Assembly (NCBI RefSeq): GCF_964194155.1
Contig: NC_135910.1
Span: 16,616,001-16,680,000 of the forward strand
Direction: 5' to 3'
DNA length: 64,000 nucleotides
DNA from: Cetorhinus maximus
Lineage: Eukaryota
The notes beneath the pieces were generated by a model. The model made no database searches and was not told the DNA's origin. It saw nothing but the letters and a program-made list of their open reading frames with translations. Both the position numbers and the translations under genes were made by a program. Below, in pieces: positions 25,510 through 38,720 of the stretch (position 1 is the stretch's first letter; the number at the start of each line of letters is the position of its first letter).

Positions 25510-26475
25510 AGAATCACTGAAGCACAGAATAAGGCCATTCAGCCTATTGTGTCCCTAGCTGGCCCCCTGCAAGAGCACCTCAGATAAGAGCAACTCCCAT
25601 GCCTTTTAATCGTAGTTCTGCAATTTTTTTTCAGATAATTATTCAGTATCCTTTTTTGAATCCTTGATTGAATTTGCATTCGCCACACTCTCAGGCAGTG
25701 CAAACCACTCAATGCATATAAAACATTTTCCTTCATGTCACCTATGGTTCTTTTGCCATTCACCTGAATTGGTGTTGACTGGTTCTCGAGCATTCTGCCA
25801 ATGGAAGCAGTTTCTCCCTATTTACTCTGCCCAGACCTCTTATTGTTTTGACGCCTCCATCTATTGTCCTCTCAACCTTCTTTTCTCTAAGGAGAGCAGC
25901 CCTAGATTCTCCAATCTCTTCTCATAACTGAAGTGCTTCATCCCCAGAACCATTTAAAAAATATTTTCTGTACCCCCTGAAATGCCTTCCCATCTTCCCT
26001 AAAGTGTGTATATTAGGATAATTAAAGCGCCCCCTCCCCCCGATTATAACTATTCTGTAGTTTTTGCATGTGTCTAATTTCTTTGCCACTGTGTTCCTCT
26101 ATATCTTTCCCACTGGATGGTAGCATATAGAATACACTCAGTAGTCTAATGGCACCTCTATTGTTCTTAGCTCTAACCAAATAGATTTTGCCCTTGACCC
26201 CTCTAAGACACCCTCTCTCTCCAGCATTCTGATCTTTTCCTGCATCAAAATTTCCATATTTCTCCTTCTTCTCCCCTATTTCTCCTGAACACATTGTATC
26301 AAGAGATATGGAGTACCTCACCCTGCCCATTCTTGAGCTAGGTTCCCATTTCGACCATCACAGCATATTCCCACTTGGCTATTTGTGCCTGAGGCCAGCA
26401 ACTTTATTTCCCACACTCTGTACATTTACATACATGCTGTGTAAATCCAATCTAGACCTTATTTCATTCATAGGT
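25510..26475 (-). mobile_element. Degenerate CR1 fragments (3' tail and endonuclease region)
   Basis: CR1 tail motifs and endonuclease-like remnants on the reverse strand. Confidence 0.55.
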
Positions 26476-26479
26476 TCCA

Positions 26480-27880
26480 TTAGATTGGAAAATAGCAACT
26501 ATAACTCTATGCAAAAAGGGAGGGAGACAGAAAGCAGAAAATGTAGGCCAGTTAGCCTAACATCTGTCATAGGGAAAATTTTACAAGCTCTTATTAAAGA
26601 TGTTATAGCACTTAGAGAATTCAAGGTAATCAGGCAGAGTCAACATGATTTTGTAAAAGGGAAATCATGTTTAACCAATTCATTGGAGTCACATTGAAGG
26701 AGTCACAAGCTGCGGATAAAGGGGAACCGGTGGATGTACTGTACTTAGATTTCCAGAAGGCATTTGATAAAGTGCCACATCAAAAGTTATTGCAGAAAAT
26801 AAAAGCTCATGGTGTAGGGGCTAATGGATAGAAGATTGGCTAGTTACCAGGAAGCAGAGAGTTGGTATAAATGGGTCTTTTTCTGGTTGGCAGGATGTGA
26901 CGAGTGGTGTGTCACAGGGATCAGTGCTTTTTACAATTTATATAAATGACTTGGATGAAGGGACCGAAGGAATGGTTGCTAATTTGCTGACAATAAAAAG
27001 ATAGGTAGGAAAGTCAATTGTGAAGAGGATATAAGGAGTCTGCAAAGTGACATGTATAGGTTAAATGAGTGGGCAAAGATCTGGCAAATGGAGTATAACG
27101 TGGGCAAATGTGAAATTGTCCATTTTGGCAGGAAGAATAAAAAAAGCTTATTATCTAAATGGTGAGAGATTCAGAGGGATCTGGGTGTCCTAGTGCATGA
27201 ATCACAGGGGGTTAGTATGGCAGGTACAGCAGGTAATTAGGAAAGCTAATAAAATGTTATCATTTATTGTGAGGGAAATTGATTACATAAGTAGGGAGGT
27301 TATACTTCAGATGTACAGGGCATTGGTGAGACTACATCTGGAGTATTGTGTACAGTACTGGTCTCCTTATTTGAAGAAAGATATAAATTCATTAGAAGCA
27401 GTTCAGAGAAGGTTTACTAGACTAATACCACGAATGGTCAGGTTATCTTATGAAGAAAGGCTGGACAGGTTAGGCTTGTATCCACTGGAGTTTAGAAGAG
27501 TGAGAGGCAGCTTAATTGAAAACTTTAAGATCCTGAGGAGTCTTGACAGGATGAATGTGGAGACGATGTGGAAGAATCTAGAACTAGGGGTCACTGTTTA
27601 AAAATAAGGGGTCTCTCATTTAAGACAGAGATGAGGAGAAATCTTTTCTCTGAGGGTTGTGAGTTTTTGGAGCTCTCTTCCTCAAAAGTTGGTGGAAGCA
27701 GAGTCTGAATATTTTAAGGCCAAGCTAGATAGATTCTTGATTAACAAGGGGGTGAAAGGTTATCAGGAGTAGGCGAGAGTGTGGGATTGAGGCTACATTC
27801 AGGTCAGCCATGATCTTAAGGAATGGCAGAGCAGGCTTGAGGGGCTGATTGGCCTCCTCCTGCTCCTAATTCGTATGTTC
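26480..27880 (+). mobile_element. CR1 LINE, 5'-truncated, with reverse-transcriptase remnants
   Basis: RPVSLTSVIGK, SQHDFVKGKSCLTN, VDVLYLDFQKAFDKVPH, YRALVRLHLEYCVQYWSPY, LEAVQRRFTRLIP; stops and frameshifts present. Confidence 0.9.
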
Positions 27881-28029
27881 ATATTCCCTCTTACTCTGAC
27901 TCCACAGCTTGCCTTAATACTTCTCACTCTGGTGCTTCCTGTCTCTCCCAATTCTCTCTGCACCTTGTTTTCCCTCTCTATCATTAAATCCTGGTTCTCA
28001 TTCCCTCTGTCAAGTCAGTTTCTTTAGGC

Positions 28030-30175
28030 AAAACAAAAATAAAAATAAAAATATCTGGAAAAACTCAGCAGGTCTGACAGCATCTGCATAGAGGAACACA
28101 GTTAACGTTTCGAGTCCGTATGACTGTTCAACAGAACTAAGTAAAAATAGTGAAATATAAGCTGGTTTAAGGGAGGGGTGGGACAGGTAGAGCCAGAGAT
28201 AGGTGGAGATAACCAAAAGATGTCATAGACAAAAGAACAAAGAGGTGTTGACGGTGGTGATATTATCTAAAGAATGTGCTAATAGGTGACATTAAGGGTA
28301 GAAAGCAGGACGAGCAAGGTACAGACAGCCCTAGTGAGGGTGGGGTGGGGGGAAGGGATTGAAATAGGCTAAAAGGTAGAAATAAAACAATGGATAGAAA
28401 TACATTTAAAAATTATGGAAATAGGTGGGAAAAGAAAAATCTATATAAATTATTGGAAAAAAGGGGGATCGGAAAGGGGGTGGGGATGGAGGAGAGAGTT
28501 CATGATCTAAAATTGTTGAACTCAATATTCAGTCTGGAAGGCTGTAAAGCGCCTAGTCGGAAGATGAGGTGCTGTTCCTCCAGTTTGCGTTGAGCTTCAC
28601 TGGAACAATGCAGCAGGCCAAGGATGGACATGTGGGCATGAGAGCAGGGCGGAGTGCTGAAATGGCAAGTGATAGGAAGGTCTGGGTCATGCTTGCGGAC
28701 AGACCGAAGGTGTTCCGCAAAGCAAAGCCTTCTTTGGCTTTGGTCCAAAGAACCCAGTCTGTGTTTGGTCTCTTCGATGTAGAGGAAACCGCATTGGGAG
28801 CAGCGAATACAGTAGACTAAATTGAGGGAAGTGCAAATGAAATGCTGCTTCAGTTGAAAGGAATGTTTGGGCTCTTGGACGGTGAGGAGAGGGGAAGTAA
28901 AGGGGCAGGTGTTGCACCTTCTGCGGTTGCATGGGAAGATGCTGTGGGAGGGGGTTGAGGTATAGGGGGTGATGGAGGAGTGGACCAGGATGTCCTGGAG
29001 GGAACGATCCCTGTGGAATGCCGCCAGGGGGGTGTGAAGGGAAGATGTGTTTGGTGGTGGCATCATGCTGGAGTTGGCGGAAATGGTGGAGGATGGTCCT
29101 TTGAATGAGGAGGCTGTTGGGGTGATAAGTGAGGACAAGGGGGACCCTATCATGGTTCTGGGAGGGAGAGGAAGGTGTGAGGGCGGATGCGCGGGAAATG
29201 GGTCAGACACGGTTGAGGGCCCTGTCAACCACCGTGGGTGGAAAACCTCGGTTAAGGAAGAAGGAAGACATGTCAGAGGAACTGTTTTTGAAAGTGGTAT
29301 CATCAGATGGAGGGGGTTGCGATGGAGGCGAAGGAACTGAGAGAATGGGATGGAGTCCTCACAGGAAGCGGGGTGTGAGGAGCTGTAGTCGAGGTAGCTG
29401 TGGGAGTCGGTAGGCTTGTAATGAATATTGGTGGACAGTCTATCACCAGAAATTGAGACAGAGAGGCCAAGGAAGGGAAGGGAAGTGCCAGAAATGGACC
29501 ATATGAAAATGATGGAGGGGTGGAAATTAGAAGCAAAATTAATAAATTTTTCCAGGTCCAGACGAGAGCATGAAGCAGCACCGAAGCAATCATCGATGTA
29601 CCAGAGAAAGAGTTGTGGGAGGGGGCTGGAGTAGGACTGGAACAAGGAATGTTCCACATACCCCATAAAGAGGCAGGCATAGCTGGGGCCCATGCGGGTA
29701 CCCATAGCCACACCTTTTATTTGGAGGAAGTGAGAGGAGTTTAAGGAGAAATTGTTCAGTGTGAGAACAAGTTCAGCCAGACGGAGGAGAGTAGTGGTAG
29801 ATGGGGATTGTTCGGGCCTCTGTTCGAGGAAGAAGCGGAGAGCCCTCAGACCATCCTGGTGGGGGATGGAGGTGTAGAGGGATTGGACATCCATGGTGAA
29901 GAGGAGGCGGTTAGGGCCAGGGAACTGGAAACTGTTGATATGATGTAAGGTGTCAGAGGAATCACGGATGTAGGTGGGAAGGGACTGGACAGGGGGAGAG
30001 AGAAGGGGAGTCAAGATAGCGAGAAATGAGTTCCGTGGGGCAGGAACAGGCTGACACGATCGGTCTGCCGGGACAGCCCTGTCTGTGGATTTTGGGTAGG
30101 AGGTAGAAGCGGGCCGTCCGAGGTTGGGAGACGATGAGGTTGGAAGCTGTGGAAGGAAGACCTCCAGAGGAGATG
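28030..30175 (-). mobile_element. Penelope-like retroelement (RT + GIY-YIG endonuclease), 5'-truncated and disrupted
   Basis: [90 protein letters not shown]; 3' pseudo-LTR to ~28030. Confidence 0.92.
28100..28138 (-). ncRNA. Minimal hammerhead ribozyme motif in the Penelope 3' repeat (core mutated)
   Basis: AGTT-CTGtTGA-acagtc atacg gactc-GAAA-CGTT-AACT. Stem I agtt/aact, palindromic stem III ACGT; one core substitution. Confidence 0.55.
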
Positions 30176-30504
30176 ACAGTCCCCAAAGCCGCTAGGAAAT
30201 CGCCTGCCAGTACATTGGTCCTGGTTCTGTTCGGGTGTAACCTGTCTGGCCCATCTCCCCCCAGAACTGATCCCAATGTCCCAGGAAGCTGAAGCTGCTG
30301 CCCTTGCACCATCTCTCCAGTGTTCACCTGCTCTACCCTCCTGTTCTCTGACAGTCTGTATTATTGTTCATTATTGTGACAGGGGGAGCTTTTTGGATGA
30401 CTTTCCTTTTTCTCTTGTTTATAGTTTGTGTTTCTCTGAAATAGGGGAGGGAGTTTTTTTTTTGTTTCATTATTTTTATGTTATTTGCTGACACTGGGAG
30501 CTTG

Positions 30505-31240
30505 ATTGATCCAATCAGGAGAGGAGAGTAGGGGGAGGAGCAGAGAGTGGGCGAGTCGAAAGCGGAGATTGACAGCGCGAATGGGGCGGGGCTAGAATTG
30601 ATTGCGAGGGAAAGCAAGAGAGGCGGGGCGAAGTGCTGTGAGTGACAGAGGGAGAGAGGCGGGGCGAAGGCTGTGAGTGACAGAAGGAGAGGGGCGGGGC
30701 GAAGGCTGTGACTGACGAAGAGCGGGACGGGGCGAGGGCCGTGAATGGCAGTTAGTAAGGGGGCGGGGCAAAAACTGTGACTGACAGGGAGAGAGAGGGA
30801 GAGAGAGGGTGGGGGGGTGCCGGGGCGAAGCCTGTGACTGGCGGAGAGAAAGGGGGCGGGACGCAGTCTGATTGAGACGGAGGGAGAGCGTGAGGCGAAG
30901 TCCGTGACTGACAGAGAAAGAGTGGGCGTGGTGAAGACTGCTGGGGCGGGGCGATGGCTGTGATTGACAGGAAGAGGGAGCATGGCGTGTCGAAGGAAGG
31001 AGGGGCGGGGCGATGGCTGTGATCGACAGGGAGTGGGAGGTGTGGAAGACGGGGCGGGGGGGCGTGGCGAAGACGGGGACGGGGAGAGGGAGAGTGGGCG
31101 GGGCGGAGAGGGAGAGTGGGCGGGGCGGAGAGGGAGAGTGGGCGGGGCGGAGAGGGACGTTATCGTGACGTCACAACGCAGCCCCTGCTACCCAGTGCGG
31201 GAAACCCCATTCCACTGCAGCGTGACGTTGGCGTCAAGTG
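30505..31240 (+). promoter_or_regulatory. CpG-island promoter of the SRSF5-like gene: tandem GC-box + TGAnTGACAG array, CCAAT box, CRE
   Basis: About 12 units of GGGGCGGGGC-like box followed by TGA(G/C/T)TGACAG or a variant. CCAAT near 30511; TGACGTCA at 31166-31173; three tandem ggagagggagagtgggcggggc units at ~31082-31150. Confidence 0.8.
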
Positions 31241-31373
31241 ACTGAAGGGGGAGAAGAAGCGGCGGCGGCGGCGGAGAGAGAGAGAGAGAGCGCGAGCGAG
31301 GGGGGAAGAAAAAGCAAGTGCGCAGTCTTGAGCGGGCCAGAAGCACAGCGAGAACGACTCACCGAGACAGCGA
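31200..31373 (+). other. SRSF5-like non-coding exon 1 (start approximate)
   Basis: In the CpG island; (GGC)n and (GA)n tracts; donor CGA|gtgagc at 31373/31374. SRSF5 genes have a non-coding first exon. Confidence 0.65.
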
Positions 31374-33175
31374 GTGAGCACAGAGAGGCGCGGTCTGGGG
31401 CTGGGAACCGGGGCTGGGAGCCAGGGCTGGGAGCCAGGGCGGGGGTGCGGCTTCGGCCGCGGTGTCGCCTGCGCTCGAGTTGGTGCCGAGAGGCGGCGGC
31501 TGGGATGTAGGCCCCAGGGTGGGAGGGTGGGGGGAGGGGCGCAAGGGCTGCTCCTCTCCCTGCACTGTTTCATCATTTAACTGCTTGCCTTTCTGGAACC
31601 TTCTCAATCTGCACGTGCAGTTTTTTTTTCTACTTTTATTTTTCAATTCAACCCCCCCGCCATGAAAATTTGATCAATTTTTAAAAATGTGAACCATATA
31701 TTTTAACATTCGTTAAATTGGGGGCAGGAACCAAGTTATTTGTCAAATTCGATTTCCATTCGGATTGTACTTCGGTTTTTGTTTAAAAAATAACCCCATG
31801 ACTTGTTAATGGTTAATTGTGTCGTCCTCAGTAAATCTTATTTACTGGGTGGTGTTTAATAAGAAAAAACATTTAGGTAGAAAAATGTAAGGACCTTTTT
31901 TAACTAGAAAAATACTGTCTAGCTTCACTGAGACTTAGGTTTCTATTTTTTTTTAACAAGCCAGGGTTTAATGCTAAGTTAAATAGAGATAAATTGTTTC
32001 TCTGGTCAGGGAGATGGTAACAAGAAGATACAAGTGTCAGATAATCGCAAAGAATTAAAGGGGATAGTAAAAAAACAAAATATTGACAGCCTAGAAGAAA
32101 ATACTATAGTGCAAACAGGGAAGTTTGGTGAGTAGTTAAATTGTAGAATTCTCTACCACAAGCTGTCGAAGCAGTCCTTTAAACGGAAGTTGGATGGTTG
32201 TTTTTTTTTATATTTTAAAACTGGGGTGTGGAATCATCCTGTTTGCGCTTGTTTTTTTCCTGCCTTTTAGGGAAGGCTGAAAAAACTGGGGTGGTTACTC
32301 AATCGGTTTTGAGGTCTCGAGTCAGGATGGAAGCCAATATATTTTAACAAGTGCAGTTTTGTGCCAAAGTGTTGCAAAATGTACTTGCAGTCCCGACTTG
32401 AAACCTGTGCTAGCAGGCAGCATTTTTTTTTAATAGAGTCTAAAGGTTGATGTGCCATGGGGTAAAGTTTAAACAAGCTAAATGTTTGCGTTATGACTAA
32501 GGTGCCCACTTTGTGGGGTAAAATGTTTGAGATTGATCCTAGTTCTAGAGCTGCAACAGGGAAATAAGATGTCCCTGGGTTATGATTCAAATCACTGAGC
32601 CAGTTGTTTATGCCTAGAACATTCATTAGTGTTTACACTTAACTTACTGACCGTTCATCGCATTCCTCATTCGTAATGTCGTCTAGAGCAGTTGCAGATA
32701 TTGTGCCTAGCCCATCTCAAGGTGCTCCTTGTATGAATATGCTGCATTGCTGTTCTGTCTTGAGAAGCTCAGAAACTAATTGGTGCAAATTGCTCTGGGT
32801 TAACGGCTGGTTATCTGAAGATTAGAGAAACCTGCAGGAAGTAACGAGATTTAATCACTATTGTTATACAGTGTGTATGTAAGCACTCGCATGAATGATT
32901 TTCTGTTTAACGCAGGGTGGAGCCGTTTTATTTTTATGTTGATAATGTACTGTTAAATGGAGGCGAATTGTAATTGGGCAAGCTGCCAACTTGACCTTAA
33001 GTTGATTACAAGTTATCTCCATGTGACCGATTGCACCATAGTGTCTCATTAGACGAGTGATTATATGCCTCTTTCTGGTAACTGGTAAGACATTTCCAGC
33101 CTGTCTGAATTTCCAGTCTAACACCGCAACATTATTGCAGTCCTCTTTCAGGCTGTATAAAATCATCATTTCAAA

Positions 33176-33301
33176 ATGAACGGTTGCCGTGTGTTCATTG
33201 GTCGCCTGAGCCCTCAGGTGAGAGAACGGGATGTGGAAAAGTTCTTCAAAGGCTATGGACGCATTCGTGAAATTGACCTGAAGAGAGGCTTTGGGTTTGT
33301 G
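33176..33301 (+). CDS. SRSF5: SRSF5-like SR protein, first coding exon (exon starts 33152; RRM1 N-half)
   Basis: MNGCRVFIGRLSPQVRERDVEKFFKGYGRIREIDLKRGFGFV, donor gtgagt. 126 coding nt as in SRSF5; probably the srsf5a-type paralogue. Confidence 0.93.
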
Positions 33302-35009
33302 GTGAGTATTTTGCCATTTGTTAGGAATTCTTTTCAGTATTCAGGAAGCGACACTGTGCTCATGGATTTTTGATGACCTAAAATTGTTCTTGCATTTTTT
33401 TTAAAATGGGATTGACCTTTTGGAATAGTTGTGTACAGCATTAAATTAGTAGGTTCCCTCTGTGCAGATGTAAAACATCTTGCTGGACTTGCATGGTTGC
33501 ACCCTTCAATTTCATACAGTTGTCAATGTTACTTCTGATTTGGGTAGTGATGCATGGTGACAACCTGGCTGAGATTGAGCACTCATCATTTGAGGAAACA
33601 GCTGATGTAAGCTCTTTGCCTGATTAAAATAGTTATTCAGAAGTGGATTTTGTTCTCCCAATATATCAAGCTGATTTGACAGGTGAGTTTGGGAGAGTTT
33701 TTGTTGCCTAATAAACTTCATTTAAGTAGTGTAATGGCGGTGACTTTTTTAAACCAAATTTACTCTCTATTTTTTCTCAAACAATGTGACCTCCTTATCA
33801 TTATCCTTGCTTGAAAAAGGTTTCAGTTGCCACAGCATATATGTGGCTGGTCCAGTTAGGTGGTTGTGATTAATGGTGACTGCTAAGATGTTGATGGGGT
33901 GGGGGATTCAGTGAAGTTGATGCCATTGAATTTTAAGGGGAGGTGGTTAACACCTCATTAGAGATAGCCATTGCCTGGCACCTGTGTTAACTTGCAAACA
34001 GATCTTCGAGGATGGTAGGTGTTTTGCACTCAGAAGATGCTCATTGACCTAGCTCCTGAGCAACTGAAGCGAGAAGCTGTCCCAAGATTGATTTCCATTG
34101 GTGTATTCGCTTGACGCGGCACAGCTTGGATTCCACTAAAGTTGATGTATTGTATCCGGTATGCTGAACTTCCGACGCAAACAAACTTCATTTTACAACC
34201 AGACCATTCTTCTGTTGATTTTTAGTGCAATCTCACAGCCCAAATATACAAAGCCATCGACCTGACAGCCATGTTAGGTACTTCGAATTTTATTTTAGTT
34301 GGCATCACCACATTGCTTAATCAGCCAAGTTTCATAATGGTTGCTTTTTACTTGGGCATTTTACTACATGTTGGTGCTTTATTGGAAAAGGACAGAGATT
34401 TTTTGCCTCTAAACAGTATATCATGTCTCCAGTGTGTTTCCAAAGCACTTTATATTCAATGGATTACTATTGAAATGTAACAGGCTTTAATTATCCATAA
34501 AACCTTTTAATGGGATTTGGCTTAATCTTCAGCAAACCAGTTAAAACACCATTGAAATTTTAAAATCCATTTCGTAGACATTGAGGCCCTTAGTACAGCA
34601 AAGTATGGAGCTGTGGGATGTCCATTAGGTCAATCCTTAACCATGCATTTCCAAGTCTTAGCTTTGAGTCAGAATTGCAGCAAATCAGTTTTCCAAAGCC
34701 TCTGAGATATATCACACTCAAAAGGGGAAATCAAGTTTTATCTACAGTAATCAGGGCCGTACAAACTCGTGGTCCGTATGTTTGTGGACTCTTGACAATC
34801 TAAGCCAGCGAAGTTGAATTGCAAATAAGGTAGGAATACTAGGTCTGTGTGGTGGGTTTTGTGGGAGAACATGTGACCCACAACCCATGGGTTGCAGTTT
34901 GGATACAACAAAATCTGCGGGCTCTTAATACATCCCAGTTATAGCTCTTGAGTTCTTCAGATATAGCTGCTGGTTAGCTAAACTATTCCAGTAGAGTTTT
35001 GACATCTAC

Positions 35010-36110
35010 CTGATGACGTGGAAGGTTGCCTGGGTATGTCCAGTCCTTAAAGGAACCAATCGCTGCCTTATTTTCCTTTTCCCAATCCCAATCATAGATA
35101 GTGGCATCAATTCACCAGCAACCTGTCCAACTCCGGTTCTGCCAGACCTTGTCACAGTTTGGATCCAGCTATCGGCTCCGGATCTGAATACAGGAGGAGA
35201 GATCAGAGTAACATTTGAAGTATGCTACCAAGGAGCCTTTGCAGTAGTGGTCAAATCGAAAACCCCTCAGTATCTGAAACAAAGGTTGTATAGTTGTTCT
35301 GAGACAAATTGCCAGGACAGCACTGCAGGAACATATCTGGCCTAACCATTTGCAGACCTTCCCTCATTATAAGGACGGGAGTGAGGCTGATTTCTGATGA
35401 ATCCAGTGTTCAGCTCTATTCACAGTGCTCTCAATGAATCAAAACTAGGTAACATCCAGACTTAGGTTGTCGGGGGCCAGGTGATGACCGTTTTGAACAA
35501 GGGAAAGTCCCATCTGCCTCTGATCTTTAATTACTGCATGATCAGAGTCACCCCATTCCCCCCCCACCCCCATGCAGCACATCTGGGGGGAGGGGTGGTG
35601 TCACCAGATGATAGACTGGACCAGCCATATGAACACCATAGCCACAAAAATATAAAATGATGGATACTCAAGAGTTGCTGACCTATTCGGAGTCTGCCCA
35701 TGTCTCCAAGGCTTAAGTTAGGAGCGTGATGAAACACTCATCACGCCTGGATCACTGCAGCAGTATACGAAGCACAACACCATCTCTCATGCCACTGCTG
35801 CACTGTATAATCTGCAGGATGTATTGCAGCAATTCACTCAGGTTACATTGAAAGCACCATCCAGCCCTCTGACCTCTACCGTTTGGAGAGCATGAGAAGC
35901 ACCACTTCCTTTCTGAGTTGCACATTGTCCTAATCTGAATAGATACCATTGGGTCAGCACCATGGAATTCTCTGTATAACCTCATTATGAGAACATAACA
36001 ACAGGGCCTGCAGTGGTTCAAAGAGACTCACCGCTTTCCTTGGGGTGATGTGTTGAGCAATTAATGCAAATGTGGCTTTGTTTCATATCCCAAGAATAAA
36101 ATTTAAAAAA
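35010..36110 (+). mobile_element. Highly degenerate copy of the CTIYKMHC-family LINE
   Basis: WKVAWVCPVLK remnant and recognisable 3' region. Confidence 0.55.
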
Positions 36111-37189
36111 TCTTGTCAACCATGTCAGATTGGAATGTTTTCAAGTTTCTTTAACCTTGGTAACAGTGCTGGAGAATTCTGGGTTCGCAATCTGTTTTTT
36201 GAGATTTCAGTGTGATACAGAATGTAGGCATCTCAAATATTTGAGATTACATTTCCTGTTTTGATGTGGGCAAATATGGGTTTTAATGTAAAACATTTTA
36301 GATTTGTCATATGGCAACATCAGGGACTTGGCATTTAAGGCTGTTCCTATGTTCATATATTTCTATACCATTTTTGAAAGTGAATTTCATTCTTTCTTCC
36401 TTTAGGGTACAATCCCAGCAGCACAGTTTTGCACCAATTTTATATTGTGCCTAATGGACTGCCTGCTATAATAAATTTATCTTCCCCCACCTTTCCTTTG
36501 GTGAATTTTCTTTAAGCTTGAATGCGGTTTCAATGAGTAGTCTTGACTACTTTGCTGTTGCGATGCAAACAATCTAATTAAAAACATCTAATTAGATTTT
36601 CCTCTAATGTTACCCCCACTAAGACTGTAATTTAAAACCTGATTGCAGTTGCATGTTCCTCTGAGCTGACTCCCATTTCCCTATGTGGTACAGTGGCTTT
36701 CGTTTCAGCTCATCTAGAAAAAGGGGTGGGTCTGATTTGGTTAGTGATGCACTAGAGAAACTATGACAAAAGGCACATTTTGTTTTCTGCAGTAAAATGG
36801 TAAGTTATTCTGATGCAGTGTCTATTACTGTTCCCTGAATTAACAATGTTTTTCTGACTTGTTCTTGTGATTTGAACAATGCTGGTAAGGTTGTATTTAT
36901 TGCTCGCCCCATTGCCGTGCAAAGATAATGACTTGCTGGGACAATTGAGACTTTAAAAGACAACCATGTACGATGGGGCTGTATGTTCCCTCTTTGAAGG
37001 ATGTTGCTGAACTGGCTGTTTTTTTTACACAACGATGCAACAGCTTCTGCAGTTGCTTTTGTCTTAGTAGAATTTGAACTCACGCCCTCTGGGATGTGAG
37101 TGTGGTGCAACAGTCATTATTTTTTCTGAAACTGTTTACCAAAATATTTTTTTTTTAGAATAAACCAGATTTCTGATATTCTTCTTTAG

Positions 37190-37260
37190 GAATTTGATGA
37201 TGCCCGGGATGCAGATGATGCAGTTTATGAGCTGAATGGAAAGGAGCTGTTCCGGGAGAG
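37190..37260 (+). CDS. SRSF5: SRSF5-like exon 3 (71 nt)
   Basis: cttctttag|EFDDARDADDAVYELNGKELFRE(R)|gtgggt. Confidence 0.93.
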
Positions 37261-38615
37261 GTGGGTTTTTCAACAAGTCAGTAGAATAATCAGAATTCCT
37301 TGTTTTTAAGTTTATTGATATTGAGGTAGTGGCTTTCCAAGGGTGCTAGCAATTATATTTTACTGGAACTGAGACACATCTAAATATATGCCACTTAAAA
37401 TGTTAGCTGTATCTTTAACAGTCCTTCAAATATATTGCTCGCATACACCAAACTAAAGATTAATGCACAGTTTGATATCGCTCAGCGCTAGTATTCAAAG
37501 TATTGGGTTTGATTCCCAATTTGCTGATTGCACCTGAGACAGCAATTAGGTTAAAGTGGGAGCAGTCAACCTGGGTTTATTTCACTTCTTTGCTATCTAA
37601 TAACTTGTGCTGTAAACTGCATGTGAAAATATTGGAATGTGGGTAGGAAATATTCAGTGAAAAGGGGAGGAAAAGTATTTCAAATCTTGGTGCAAATTCC
37701 ATCAGCTTCCTCAACCCTTCAGTGCCATGATGAGTTTTAGTAAACTATTCAGTTTCATAATTCACCTTTGTAGGCCAGGTTTTGTGTTTAAATGGAAAAG
37801 GTAGATTTCATGGTGCAAAATGTTCAAATCTATTATAAAGATGACACTTCCTCAGTAAAAGATGGTGTCCAAAATACAAGTAGAATTTATCAGGAGAAAC
37901 ATTCATTTAGCAGTAGATTGTTTTCCCATTGTTTGATCATGGGACTGATACATGGGTAAATAGTCTATAAAGCAATGATTTTAAATGGAGAAATTTGTAG
38001 AGTAAGTTGATATCCTAAAGCTGTTTTAAAAAAAACCCAACAACTTCACAGTTACCTTTGTTCCACATTTGTTTTTCTCTTGCTCTGTAGCATCTGACCT
38101 TTTGCATGCATTTCCACTTGTAACTTTAAGCACCATTTGTTACTCCAGCTTGGCTGAGCCTGGGCAGGGTATTTTTTAAATCACTTAGCCTCATTGCTAA
38201 GCCCAGTTCTGGACTCGGTGACTCCGTGCAATCATTTTTTCTAGCAGAGGGTCTAATCCCTCCGGCTGGAATAGGCTAACTCATTTGTGTGGGATTGGGC
38301 ATCTTTTCATCTGTACCATCTATGTGCGTGCTGGCTTCAGCATCTGAGCGCTTGGGGGCCCCTCATTAGAAATGTAAACATTCAAAATGATTTGAGGATA
38401 TATCTAACTCCAGTTGACAGGTATCCTTGTATCAGTGTATCTTTTATGTATTCTGCTACAAAGAACGTTTATTCAGTAAAATGTGTCTGGTTTGCATTTA
38501 AGGATTATGCTTGGAAAAACACATACTGTACAATTTCAAGGTTATGTTGCTTGCAACTAATACATATATGTAGCTTTTCTGGTTTCTATGAATTGTTTTT
38601 TAAAACTCTCTCTAG

Positions 38616-38720
38616 GATCACTGTGGAGCTTGCAAAGGCACCACCTCGGAGAGGAGGGGGCAGGTTTGGTGGAAGATTTAACTATTACCGCCCCAGAAGT
38701 GAACGAAGCAGTGGACTCAG
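38616..38720 (+). CDS. SRSF5: SRSF5-like exon 4 (105 nt; RRM1 end and Gly/Arg linker)
   Basis: ctctctctag|ITVELAKAPPRRGGGRFGGRFNYYRPRSERSSGL(R)|gtaaat. Confidence 0.9.

Noticed and set aside
30333-30983. 216-aa Pro/Ser/Leu-rich ORF
   Set aside because: Antisense reading of the GC-rich promoter repeat array.
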